Assembly: GCA_964558005.1 (NCBI GenBank)
Contig: CAZLCO010000007.1
Span: forward strand, 1-61,884
DNA length: 61,884 bases
Source of the DNA: an uncultured Gammaproteobacteria bacterium
GTDB taxonomy: Bacteria; Cyanobacteriota; Vampirovibrionia; Gastranaerophilales; UBA9971
Direction of reading: 5' to 3'
A program made the translations under genes and the position numbers. How positions within the stretch are numbered: the stretch's first letter is position 1; the number at the start of each line of letters is the position of its first letter. The notes under the pieces are model-generated. The model searched no databases. It was given only the letters and a program-made list of their open reading frames with translations, and was not told the origin of the DNA. Of the stretch, positions 44,784 through 55,294 are shown one piece after another.

Positions 44784-45394
44784 TTTCCAAAATCGTGTGT
44801 GCAGGTGTATGTTACGCCGAGTTTTTCAGCGTTATCTCTCCACCACTTGTCTCTTACTTTTCCATATGTGTTAAAATTTATACGAAATTCATCATTTTTT
44901 GATATTTCATAGGTTGCTAAATTTAAAGCATCAGCGGGGCATAGCTCAAATTCCCTTGTTTCTTTAAATTTTATAGAAGAATAAGTTCCATCAGGATGTA
45001 CGACCAGTGCTTCTGCTCCATTATAAGCTGCTACCAGATAAGCATCCTGTGGCGTTATTGGTCTGGGTTGTCCATTTGGATCAAGAGTTGGATGATTATG
45101 TAAAAAAATAAATTTTGGGTTATCTTTACCTATTTGCAAAATTTTAAGCCGCTCTTTTTTTGAATTGAAAGGGTGTTCTTTGTTGCCCTCGGTCCTTTCC
45201 AGAATAAGCCCATCTCTTTGAATTAAAACGCCATTTTCCTTGTTTTTATTATATATACGTTTCATCTCTTCTTTTATTGTTCTTAAATATAGCGATTCAT
45301 CGATTTTTTCAATAGCAGAATTATTTTGTATAGGATTTGCTCTGAAAACAGGCCAGCAAGGTTTATAATAAATATTTGGGTTTAAATTAATCAT
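44780..45394 (-). CDS. Hypothetical protein with JAB/MPN+-like metal motif
   Basis: E..HNHPT...ITPQD; AT-rich; no RBS (start directly behind TTTTATATAGAT). Confidence 0.55.
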   Translation of the reverse strand: MINLNPNIYYKPCWPVFRANPIQNNSAIEKIDESLYLRTIKEEMKRIYNKNKENGVLIQRDGLILERTEGNKEHPFNSKKERLKILQIGKDNPKFIFLHNHPTLDPNGQPRPITPQDAYLVAAYNGAEALVVHPDGTYSSIKFKETREFELCPADALNLATYEISKNDEFRINFNTYGKVRDKWWRDNAEKLGVTYTCTHDFGN

Positions 45395-45452
45395 ATCTAT
45401 ATAAAACCCCTGAAAATAATTTTTGTTATATACTTAATTAAAATAATATTAG

Positions 45453-46733
<1,281 letters not shown>

Positions 46734-46751
46734 TAAACATAAATGTTGTAA

Positions 46752-46785
46752 AATAAAGTGAGGGAGTGATTCTTCCTCACTTTAT
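46752..46785. terminator. Hairpin after ahcY
   Basis: AATAAAGTGAGGGAG-tgatt-CTTCCTCACTTTATT. Confidence 0.65.
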
Positions 46786-46810
46786 TAATATTATCGGGAA
46801 GAGGTTGGAT

Positions 46811-47053
46811 ATGAACAAATTAATCAAAATTCTTGTAATTATTTTTCTGCTGGTGCTAATCGGGGTCGGGATAAAATACCTTGCCACCGAAGAAGAAAAG
46901 GGTTTTCTGGAAAAAACCGGCGAAAAAATCGACCGGCAGATAAACAAGCTTGAGCGGGAAATAGACCCCGAGGGGCCTATGGAAAAAGCCGGCAAAAAAA
47001 TTGATGAGACATTCGAAAATATTGGCGATAAAATAGAGGAGTTGAAGAAGTAA
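46811..47053 (+). CDS. Small single-TM protein
   Basis: GAGG RBS before ATG 46811; N-terminal TM; EKTGEKID/EKAGKKID repeats. Confidence 0.7.
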   Translation: MNKLIKILVIIFLLVLIGVGIKYLATEEEKGFLEKTGEKIDRQINKLEREIDPEGPMEKAGKKIDETFENIGDKIEELKK

Positions 47054-47063
47054 GAGGATAAAA

Positions 47064-48014
47064 ATGCCTACCTACCTCTACTGGGGAGAAGAAGAATTTA
47101 ACCTCGATAACGCCGTCAGGGAACTGCGTGGGAAAATTCTTGACGAAAACTTTGCCGCCCTGAACCACAAAACCCTCGATGAACCCGATATAAAAAAGCT
47201 CCTTGAAACCATTCAGACCCTGCCGATGATGCTCGGTAACCTGCTGGTAGAAGTAAAAGCAACTACGCTATTTTTAAGGAGTAAAAGGACAGTAGAATCC
47301 GATGACCCTGACCTGAAAAAATTAATAGAAAAGATAGAAAAACTGGACAACAGGGTGCATCTGCTGTTTGTGTGCGAAATAGAGCGTGACAGCGGCAAAA
47401 AAATAGACAGCACCTTAAAACTCACAAAAACAATACAAAAAATCGGCACAGTGCGTGAGTTCCCGGCGTTCAAGTTCTGGGAAGAAGACAAGGTGGTCGG
47501 CTGGATAACAAAACAGGCAGAGGGCAAAGGAGTTAAAATCGGCAGGGAAGCGGCTGCGTGCCTAGTAACCAGCGTTGGTTTTGATTTGCGAAAGCTGGAT
47601 ACGGAGCTGGAAAAACTAAAAACCTCCGTACACCCCAAAATTACTATTACAATTAATGAAGTAAAGGAAATATCCGCCACAAACGAGAACATATTTCTGT
47701 TTGCGGAATGTTTAATCAATAAAAACCATCAGGCAGCTGTTATAGAATTTAATAAACTGCTGGAACAGAACCACCCTCTGAAAATGATAGCTACGCTCCA
47801 TACAACAGTCAGGAACTGGTTGAAAATAAAGCTTGATTTGCCTGTGAGTATGTCGCCGTATCGGGCTCAAAAGGAAAAAGAAAAACTCAGAAATATATCT
47901 GCAGAAGCATTGTTTGATTTAAAAGAAAGAATTAAAACAGCCGAGTATAAAATAAAATCCGGCCGCCTCGCCCCGGAAACAGCAATGGAGTTACTATGTT
48001 CAGCAGGGAAATAG
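47064..48014 (+). CDS. holA: DNA polymerase III delta subunit
   Basis: YLYWGEEEF, TLPM, G.DLRKL..ELEKL, EYKIKSG. Confidence 0.88.
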   Translation: MPTYLYWGEEEFNLDNAVRELRGKILDENFAALNHKTLDEPDIKKLLETIQTLPMMLGNLLVEVKATTLFLRSKRTVESDDPDLKKLIEKIEKLDNRVHLLFVCEIERDSGKKIDSTLKLTKTIQKIGTVREFPAFKFWEEDKVVGWITKQAEGKGVKIGREAAACLVTSVGFDLRKLDTELEKLKTSVHPKITITINEVKEISATNENIFLFAECLINKNHQAAVIEFNKLLEQNHPLKMIATLHTTVRNWLKIKLDLPVSMSPYRAQKEKEKLRNISAEALFDLKERIKTAEYKIKSGRLAPETAMELLCSAGK

Positions 48015-48784
48015 AGCAAAAACAGCCGTTTGCGGCAAAATTTCTGGAAGCTGCCCTCGCCCCCGGCCGGGAAAAGCTTAATAGCGCCTATATTTTTACC
48101 GGGAACAGTACAGAGGATATGCTCTCCCTGGCAAAAGAAACCGCAAGAATACTTAACTGCAAGGAAAAGACCGAGGACTGCCAGTGCGTAAACTGTAACT
48201 GGGTAAGGCAGGACACGCATCCGGCTATAATATTGATGGAGCCGGAAAAGAAAGTAGTAACCGTTGAGCAGGCAAGGGAATTAAGGCAGACATTATTTGT
48301 TTCTTCTCAGTACCACAGGGTTATAATTTTTGCAAAAGCTGATTATAAAACTTTGCATTCAGAATCAGCTAACACTCTTTTGAAAATCATTGAAGAACCT
48401 CCGCCACGGGTGACATTTTTCTTTTTTGCCCGTGACAGGGAAGATATGCTGGCAACGATAGTTTCCCGCTCACAGATAGTGCCGTTAAAATACACGTTGG
48501 ATGAGGCGTTTGACTATAGCATACTGGAAAATTTTCCGCCGCAAAGCAGGGAAGATGCACTTTTGCTGGCAGAAAAACTTTTAAAGGCGGAAATGCCTGT
48601 TGAGCAGGTACTTGAGGTTATGCAGCAGTACATGATTTTGAACATAAAGCAAAATAAGGATAACAGGGAATTTTGTCTTAAAAATATTAATTACCTGATG
48701 AATATACAAAAAGCGTCAGATGAGATACAAAGTTATGTAAATGCACAAGCTGTATTAGATTCGCTTTTACTTTCAGGTAGATGA
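47996..48784 (+). CDS. holB: DNA polymerase III delta' subunit-like protein
   Basis: AYIFTG, C..CQCVNC, HP, SANTLLKIIEEPP, TIVSR. Confidence 0.8.
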   Translation: MFSREIEQKQPFAAKFLEAALAPGREKLNSAYIFTGNSTEDMLSLAKETARILNCKEKTEDCQCVNCNWVRQDTHPAIILMEPEKKVVTVEQARELRQTLFVSSQYHRVIIFAKADYKTLHSESANTLLKIIEEPPPRVTFFFFARDREDMLATIVSRSQIVPLKYTLDEAFDYSILENFPPQSREDALLLAEKLLKAEMPVEQVLEVMQQYMILNIKQNKDNREFCLKNINYLMNIQKASDEIQSYVNAQAVLDSLLLSGR

Positions 48785-49914
48785 CTATTTCAAAATTCCA
48801 AATAGCTTTAATCTCAATATTGATATTGCTGTTTATCTTTATGGTTTTTCAGGATAAACCGCTTTCCCGTGAGGTTATAGAGGATGAAAACACGGTCGTT
48901 GTGTTTTCCCAGCCGGGGTGCAGTGCCTGCGAAAAGCAAAAAGACTATATAAACAACGTTCTAAAAGAAAAATATTCTGAAATTACATTTGAATCCCACA
49001 ATGTCACCGAGCAAAAAGAATATGAACTATTGCAGGTATATTTCGAAGAATACGGCGTGAACCCTGAGCAGGCGGTATTGCCCGTTACTTTTTACGGGGA
49101 TAACTATGTGATGGGGTTCAAGGATGGCAGGCAGCTGGAAAACCTGCTCCAAAACCGGGATCCGCCCGAGGCAGGCGAAAACCCTCCAAAATATATAGAT
49201 ACGTGGTTCGGCAGGATAGATGTACTGGAAACCTCGCTTCCGGCACTGGCAGTGATAATGGGGCTACTGGACGGGTTTAACCCTTGCGCCATGTGGGTTC
49301 TGGTGTATATGATTTCCCTGATAGCGGGAATGGACGATAAAAGGCGAATATGGTTAATAGTCGGCACTTTTGTGTTTGCATCGGCTGTTTTATATTACCT
49401 GTTTATGACTGCGCTGTTAAATGTATTTCTTTATATAGGTTATTTGCGAATTTTACAGTTAATAATCGGCTTTTTTGCTATATACGTTGGGATTATACAC
49501 CTTAAAGACCGTAATAAAACAATATGCGAAGTCAGCGATTTGGAATTACAGCAGAAAACCCGCGGAAAAATAAGGGGACTGGTGGAATCAAAAATCTCTG
49601 TGCTTACTGTGCTGGGGATTATCGGGTTGGCTTTTGCGGTAAATTCAATGGAATTCGTGTGTTCTGCGGCGCTGCCCGCTGTATTCACCGGTGCACTGGC
49701 ACAGGCAGAGCTTTCAGGGCTGCAATACTACGGTTATATTTTGCTGTATGTGTTCTTTTTTATGCTGAACCAGCTAATTATCTTTAGCGCTGCGGCTTTT
49801 ACGGTTAATTATTACGTAAGCGACAGGTTCCTTGTTCCGATGCGGACAATCGGCGGGGTTATAATACTCGGTCTCGGGGTTGTGATGGTATTTTTTCCGG
49901 AGATGTTAATGTAG
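48781..49914 (+). CDS. Thioredoxin-fold (CxxC) plus DsbD/CcdA-like membrane domain protein
   Basis: CSAC; GLLDGFNPCAMWVL; EFVCSAALP. Confidence 0.85.
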   Translation: MTISKFQIALISILILLFIFMVFQDKPLSREVIEDENTVVVFSQPGCSACEKQKDYINNVLKEKYSEITFESHNVTEQKEYELLQVYFEEYGVNPEQAVLPVTFYGDNYVMGFKDGRQLENLLQNRDPPEAGENPPKYIDTWFGRIDVLETSLPALAVIMGLLDGFNPCAMWVLVYMISLIAGMDDKRRIWLIVGTFVFASAVLYYLFMTALLNVFLYIGYLRILQLIIGFFAIYVGIIHLKDRNKTICEVSDLELQQKTRGKIRGLVESKISVLTVLGIIGLAFAVNSMEFVCSAALPAVFTGALAQAELSGLQYYGYILLYVFFFMLNQLIIFSAAAFTVNYYVSDRFLVPMRTIGGVIILGLGVVMVFFPEMLM

Positions 49915-50931
49915 TGAAACAATTTTGTCGATAGCTTCTATTACCTGCTCAGGTGTGACCTGCTTAAGGCACTCGATATCCCGAGGACAGGGCTTTCTCA
50001 GGTCGCACGGCACACAGGGCAAATCCGCATACAGCGGTGTGTGAATATCGCCCCACGTCACCCATTTTTTCGGGTTCATCGGGCCGTATATGCCTATGAC
50101 AGGAACATTAACAGATGCGGCGATGTGCAGCGTGCCGGAGTCTGAGCCTATTACAAAGTCCATTTTGCTTATTAATGCGGTGCTGTCTTTTATTGAGAGC
50201 TTACCGCACAGGTTTACGGGTTCAATATTCAGTTTTTCAGGGATGAGTGCGTGGATTTGTTCATAAACAAGCCTGTCCTGTTCTGTGCCGGTATAATAAA
50301 TCCCTGCATTTAAGTTGTTTGACAGATATTTAATTATCTGTGCAAAGTATTCAGGCGGCCACTGCTTGTTGATGTTTCCGCTGGTAGCGTGGATAAGGAC
50401 TTTTGGCTTTTCGTCCTTAATAAATTCGGCGATTTTTTGCTCTGAATCTGCGGCAATCCAGTTTTCAAGGTGACTATCCTTTATTTCAATCCCATCCGCT
50501 CTTAATATATCAAGAAAGCACTCCACTTCATGTCTGTCTTTTACGTATGGCACACGGTTCGTTAAAAGCAATACCCGGCCTTCTGTGTTGTAACCTATTC
50601 TTTGCGGGATACCGGCAAAAAATGCCAGGGCAGCGCTGGATAGTGAGCGTTTGAGAACGTAAACCTTATCGTATTTGCGCTCTTTTAACTGCTTTACATA
50701 GCTCCAGAACCCCTTCTTTTCTGTCTTTGTGTTTTCATAGCGGTGTTTTCTGGTGGTGTCAAACATTATCAGCTCGTTAATATACGGGCAGTCCTCGAGG
50801 ATTTCGCCGGAGACCGGGCCTGCGAGTACGTCTATTTGCGCGTCAGGGTATGAGTACCTTAAATTCCTCAAAAACGGCACCATCAGTATGGTGTCGCCTA
50901 TGAACCTGTACCTGATAACGAGTATTTTCAT
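49906..50931 (-). CDS. GT9 LPS heptosyltransferase (WaaF-like)
   Basis: KILVIR...IGD, KQWP, DSG.LHIA, IYGP, C.PC....C.....C. Confidence 0.88.
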   Translation of the reverse strand: MKILVIRYRFIGDTILMVPFLRNLRYSYPDAQIDVLAGPVSGEILEDCPYINELIMFDTTRKHRYENTKTEKKGFWSYVKQLKERKYDKVYVLKRSLSSAALAFFAGIPQRIGYNTEGRVLLLTNRVPYVKDRHEVECFLDILRADGIEIKDSHLENWIAADSEQKIAEFIKDEKPKVLIHATSGNINKQWPPEYFAQIIKYLSNNLNAGIYYTGTEQDRLVYEQIHALIPEKLNIEPVNLCGKLSIKDSTALISKMDFVIGSDSGTLHIAASVNVPVIGIYGPMNPKKWVTWGDIHTPLYADLPCVPCDLRKPCPRDIECLKQVTPEQVIEAIDKIVSLH

Positions 50932-51923
50932 AACTCCAGAAGCCTTTTCAAATCAAGATTTACTCTTAATTTTACAGCATAAACCGGGATTGTGGTATCC
51001 GGTTCACTTAGTAAAGGCTCAATTTTTACCATGTCCTTTTCCGTGGTGATTAATGCCTCTGCTCCGTCAGTTTTAGCACGGATTAAGAGCATATCAAGGT
51101 CTTTTTTTGTGTAAATATAGTGGTCGGGGAAAATATGTTTTGATGTCAGTTTTATGTTGTTTTTTTTCAGCGCCGCAAAGAACAAATCCGGCTGTGCAAT
51201 GCCTGAAAAAGCTACGGCATTGGTTATGTCGGCTGGCACTTCTGGGGTTAATTCGCAAATAATGGCGTTTTCATATTCCGGCGGAACATTATAGGGGAAT
51301 TTATTTACTATAATTACTTTATCTGCCCTGTTTATATTGCTTTTGGGTTCTCTTAGCGGGCCAGCGGGTAACATGAATCCGTTTCCAAAGCCTTTTTTTG
51401 AATCAACCAGCGCAATATCAAGGTCACGCCCCATTTTTCTGTGCTGGAAGCCGTCATCCAGTATTAAAACTTCTGCGCCAAATTCTTTTATTGCTAATTC
51501 GCCTGATTTAACCCTGTTTTTTCCGGTTATGACAACTGCCCCGGGGGCGTTTTTCGCTATCCAGTATGGCTCATCGCCAGCCATTTCAGCGGTATAGTAT
51601 AATTTTTCACTGCTGCTGATGATATTTGTGTTTTTTATATTTAGTTTTCCGCCGTAGCCGCGGCTGATTACAGCAACTTTTTTGCCTTTTTTAATGAAAT
51701 AGCTGGCTATTTCGGCTGTAATTGGTGTTTTGCCGGTGCCGCCGGTGGTGAGGTTGCCCACAGAAACCACGTATGCGTTTAGTTTAGCGGTTTTAAAAAT
51801 ATTTTTATCGTATAAATAGTTCCTGCAAAACATTATTAGCCCGTAAATAATAGAAAAAGGCCATAATAACAGGCTAAGCAGCGAAGTTTTATTATAGTGC
51901 AGTTTGTTAAAAAAAGTTTTCAT
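50928..51923 (-). CDS. lpxK: Tetraacyldisaccharide 4'-kinase
   Basis: SVGNLTTGGTGKTP, SRGYG, GDEP, LDDGFQH, PAGPLRE, TTEKD.VK. Confidence 0.95.
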   Translation of the reverse strand: MKTFFNKLHYNKTSLLSLLLWPFSIIYGLIMFCRNYLYDKNIFKTAKLNAYVVSVGNLTTGGTGKTPITAEIASYFIKKGKKVAVISRGYGGKLNIKNTNIISSSEKLYYTAEMAGDEPYWIAKNAPGAVVITGKNRVKSGELAIKEFGAEVLILDDGFQHRKMGRDLDIALVDSKKGFGNGFMLPAGPLREPKSNINRADKVIIVNKFPYNVPPEYENAIICELTPEVPADITNAVAFSGIAQPDLFFAALKKNNIKLTSKHIFPDHYIYTKKDLDMLLIRAKTDGAEALITTEKDMVKIEPLLSEPDTTIPVYAVKLRVNLDLKRLLEL

Positions 51924-52029
51924 TTAACTATATTAGTTACTTAATTTAGCCTACTCATCCAATGTATCATAAATACCTGAAATGCTAGCATTTAATGATA
52001 CCCGCAATTTAATTACGGAGGAAAATAAA

Positions 52030-52464
52030 ATGAAATGCAAAGATGTAATGAGTAAAAATATTAAATGGTTACACCCCGAGCATACAATAGAAGATGCCGT
52101 GGAAATTATGAAGGAACAAAACTGCGGTGTTGTGCCTGTTGTAAATGAGGATATGGAGCTGGAAGGCATAGTGACTGATAGGGATATTGCGCTTTTTACT
52201 GTATTACAGCACAGACAGCCTGAAACAACAAAACTCGGCGAATTTATGACAAAAGATATCATATCCTGTCTTGATGAAGAAGACCTCGAAGACCTGATAA
52301 AAAGGATGCGAGAGTACCAGGTCAGGAGAATACCTATTGTTGATGAAGAAAATAAGCTTATAGGTATGGTTTCGCTGGGCGATATCGCTGTTAAGGTTCC
52401 GCAGGAAGAACACGAAGTATTTGAAGCTCTGGAAAGAATTTCAGAGCCTGTGCATACATATTAA
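52030..52464 (+). CDS. CBS-pair protein
   Basis: GIVTDRDI, VRRIPIVD...GMVSLGD; GGAGG RBS before ATG 52030. Confidence 0.9.
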   Translation: MKCKDVMSKNIKWLHPEHTIEDAVEIMKEQNCGVVPVVNEDMELEGIVTDRDIALFTVLQHRQPETTKLGEFMTKDIISCLDEEDLEDLIKRMREYQVRRIPIVDEENKLIGMVSLGDIAVKVPQEEHEVFEALERISEPVHTY

Positions 52465-52476
52465 ATAGTTAGTTAT

Positions 52477-52510
52477 TTGCAGTGAGGAGGATAAAACCTC
52501 CTCGCTGCAA
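52477..52510. terminator. Hairpin after the CBS gene
   Basis: TTGCAGTGAGGAGG-ataaaa-CCTCCTCGCTGCAA. Confidence 0.6.
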
Positions 52511-52538
52511 GCATCAGTCAAAACGAAGGGAGAGGTAA

Positions 52539-52991
52539 ATGTTAAAATCCGGAATTTTTATTAGCGCGCTCAGCGTTGTGTTGGTATTATTTGCAATGGG
52601 TGCGCCAGCTTTTGCTGAGCAGAAAATAGGTGTAGTAGACCTGAAAAAAATATTGAATAATTATGATGAAGCCAAAGCCGCACAGGCAGATTTGCAGGCT
52701 AATCAGGAAAAATTACAAAAAATTCTTGCAAGCGCAAAACAGGAAATTAACAAAGCTAAATCTGATAAGGCCAAAGAGGAAATAAAGGAAAAATACGCTG
52801 AAAAAATCAAAAGCCAGAGCGAAGGCTTTAAGTCATCTTTTTCAACCAAATGGGAAAAAGTTGAAAGTAATGTGCTCTCTACTATAAAGCAAGTAGCTGA
52901 TCAGGAAGGTTATACGCTTATACTGGAAAAAGAGGGCATTATCGCAGGCGGGGATGATATTACCGAAAAGGTTTTGAAGGATTTAAAATAG
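52539..52991 (+). CDS. OmpH/Skp periplasmic chaperone, paralogue 1
   Basis: Signal peptide, KIGVVD, IKQVA...GY.LIL, GG.DIT.KVL. Confidence 0.88.
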   Translation: MLKSGIFISALSVVLVLFAMGAPAFAEQKIGVVDLKKILNNYDEAKAAQADLQANQEKLQKILASAKQEINKAKSDKAKEEIKEKYAEKIKSQSEGFKSSFSTKWEKVESNVLSTIKQVADQEGYTLILEKEGIIAGGDDITEKVLKDLK

Positions 52992-53159
52992 ACAGTATAG
53001 AGCAGGCCCTGCTCTTCCGTGGCGTTGCACATGCTGTTTTTTATAACTACAACTAAACTATGGCGTTGCGGGGTTATTTTTTTTGCCTCGACGCACCCTG
53101 GCGGGTGCGCTCGGCCTTTGTTTTTTAATTTGATAATATCAAACTTTTGCAAAGTCTTA

Positions 53160-53882
53160 TTATAGTGCTGCTTTTATCTTTTCAAAATAAAACCCGTATA
53201 TCTGCGCCATTGCATAATATGTGTATGCGGCGACCAGAACTTCATCTTTCCACTTATAATACCCGCATGACGGCGGGATTATGGAAAACGGATTGTCCGG
53301 GAAATCCCGGCATATCTGCGGCCTGTCCTCATAAATCGGGCAGACATTAGTGCCCTGAAGGTGCTTGCAGTAATAAAAGTTTGCGGTTTCATTTTTTTCA
53401 AGCTTTGACAGCACAAGTTCGACATACTCAGGGTAAACTTCACGGGCAGCCTCAATATCTGTGTATGGCACAAAGATGGATGTAAATTGCCTGGCGAAGT
53501 TGTCGTTATTTAAGGCTTTTTGTTTTAATTCTTCATAGGAAAACTCAGAACATGCCAGCCTGCAGCAGGTGCCTGTCCTGTTGCAGGTAAACTCTTTCCT
53601 GTAATCCAATAATTCCTGCACTTTTTGGTTTATATCAGGTTCTATTTCGTTAGCTATTTTATGGAGGATTAGTTTTTGCCATCCCCTAAAACCGCACTCA
53701 GGGGGTAAGGCTGTGGTGGGTGAAAGGTCTTCGTATTTGATTTCGCAGTTAGGCCTGCATTTATTGCAGGAAAACTCCGCCTTATATTTGTTTACGACTT
53801 CATTGAAGGCCTCGGCCGCATTCAGGAAAAGTTCCCTGTACAATCTTTTATCTTTTTTTAGCTGTAAAACAATGTCTTCCAT
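53160..53882 (-). CDS. YkgJ-like (CxxCxxCC) Zn/Fe-chelating protein
   Basis: CNRTGTCC, C.HL....CPIYEDRP.ICR.FP. Confidence 0.85.
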   Translation of the reverse strand: MEDIVLQLKKDKRLYRELFLNAAEAFNEVVNKYKAEFSCNKCRPNCEIKYEDLSPTTALPPECGFRGWQKLILHKIANEIEPDINQKVQELLDYRKEFTCNRTGTCCRLACSEFSYEELKQKALNNDNFARQFTSIFVPYTDIEAAREVYPEYVELVLSKLEKNETANFYYCKHLQGTNVCPIYEDRPQICRDFPDNPFSIIPPSCGYYKWKDEVLVAAYTYYAMAQIYGFYFEKIKAAL

Positions 53883-53994
53883 AAATAAATTATACCCCTA
53901 ATAGGTAGTCCTGTTTATTATGCTTTTGTTTATTTAAAAGCGGGTGAATATGACCTAAACTTTTATAAAGCGTGGATGTAGAGGAGAGTTAGTA

Positions 53995-54306
53995 ATGGAA
54001 CTCAGGCAAAGATACGAAGAAAATATTTATAACCCTAACATGCTGGAATTTAAAAATGTACCAAAGGACATACTCATCTGGCTTGAAAAAGTTGCTGTTG
54101 AAAACAATTGCAGGATAGAGAAAAAAGAATGGAGAAGCAAATATAACAGCTATGTTGTGTATGACTATGAACCATTTTGCTCAGACGGTTTTGAAATAAG
54201 CCTCACTATCTCATCTTCATCAAGGCAGTATCTCAAGTTTATTCAGTATCTGTATGAAAACAAGCTGCAGAATATTGAATATCTTGAAAACTGTCTTATA
54301 GGATAG
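53995..54306 (+). CDS. Hypothetical protein
   Basis: GAGGAG RBS; 103-aa ORF. Confidence 0.7.
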   Translation: MELRQRYEENIYNPNMLEFKNVPKDILIWLEKVAVENNCRIEKKEWRSKYNSYVVYDYEPFCSDGFEISLTISSSSRQYLKFIQYLYENKLQNIEYLENCLIG

Positions 54307-54378
54307 GAGGATATTTGAAACAACCCTGTGTATTGTGTAAAATAGACCTGCTGACATCAATAAATTCAGGAGGGGATA

Positions 54379-54756
54379 ATGAAATTTTTACATACAATGC
54401 TCAGGGTTAAAGATATTGATAAATCGCTCAGGTTCTATACCGAGCTGATAGGACTGAAACAGCTCAGGAAAATGGAGTTAAAAGCCGCTACTCTGTATTT
54501 TTTATCCGATGAGCGGGAGTGCTGTACAATAGAACTTACTTATAATCATGAACAGCCGGAAGAAGGCTACAGCCACGGCAGTTACTTCGGACATCTGGCG
54601 TTTGAGGCGGACAGCCTCGATGAATTTACGGAAAAACTCCATGCTTTTGGGCTGGAATACACACGCCCACCGTTTCTTGTAAAGGAGGGCGGGCCTAAGA
54701 TTGCGTTTTTAAACGACCCTGATGGGTATTCGATAGAGGTTATTGAGAAAAGATAG
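54379..54756 (+). CDS. gloA: Lactoylglutathione lyase (glyoxalase I)
   Basis: FLHTMLRV, IELTYN, FGHLAF, DPDGYSIE. Confidence 0.9.
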   Translation: MKFLHTMLRVKDIDKSLRFYTELIGLKQLRKMELKAATLYFLSDERECCTIELTYNHEQPEEGYSHGSYFGHLAFEADSLDEFTEKLHAFGLEYTRPPFLVKEGGPKIAFLNDPDGYSIEVIEKR

Positions 54757-54773
54757 AAAAAATCTTACCAATA

Positions 54774-55250
54774 TTACTTCTTAGTTTTCTGGTTCAATTT
54801 TTTAATAAGTTCGTCTGTAATATCTTCTCCCCCGATAATAACGCTTTGCTTGTTAAACACCATTTCAAAACGCTTATCTTTTGAAAAAGTTTCTATTTCC
54901 CCAAAAATATTATTTTCTATTACTTCCCATTTTTCAGACTGTTCCTGAATAAATGCTTTTCTTTTTATATTGAATTCTTCGCCGAGTTTTTCCTCAAGAT
55001 TCTTTTTTTCCAATGGTGTTTTGGCATCTTTTATCTTTTGCTGGGCTTCCATAAGAAAGTTTTGCAGTTCTGATTCCTTAACTTTTAATTCAGCGGTTAA
55101 TTTCTGCGCTTCTGTATAATTATCCACGACTTTACTTAAATCAACGACGCCGAAGTTGTTTCCCCCTCCGGTCCAGGCGTGAGCTGAAAAACACGGAATA
55201 AAACACATGATTATTAATAAAACAGCAAGTAATTTAATTCTTTTAAGCAT
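54774..55250 (-). CDS. skp: OmpH/Skp periplasmic chaperone, paralogue 2
   Basis: Signal peptide, FGVVD, GGEDITDELIK.LN; directly downstream of bamA. Confidence 0.88.
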   Translation of the reverse strand: MLKRIKLLAVLLIIMCFIPCFSAHAWTGGGNNFGVVDLSKVVDNYTEAQKLTAELKVKESELQNFLMEAQQKIKDAKTPLEKKNLEEKLGEEFNIKRKAFIQEQSEKWEVIENNIFGEIETFSKDKRFEMVFNKQSVIIGGEDITDELIKKLNQKTKK

Positions 55251-55294
55251 ATTCGACTCCTACAAAAATTTATTCAATTACAAATTATTATACA

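Noticed and set aside
52999-53109. Two small GC hairpins between skp and the YkgJ-like gene
   Set aside because: They lack clear GTAG/CGTC tags and could be terminators or decayed repeats; not assignable.
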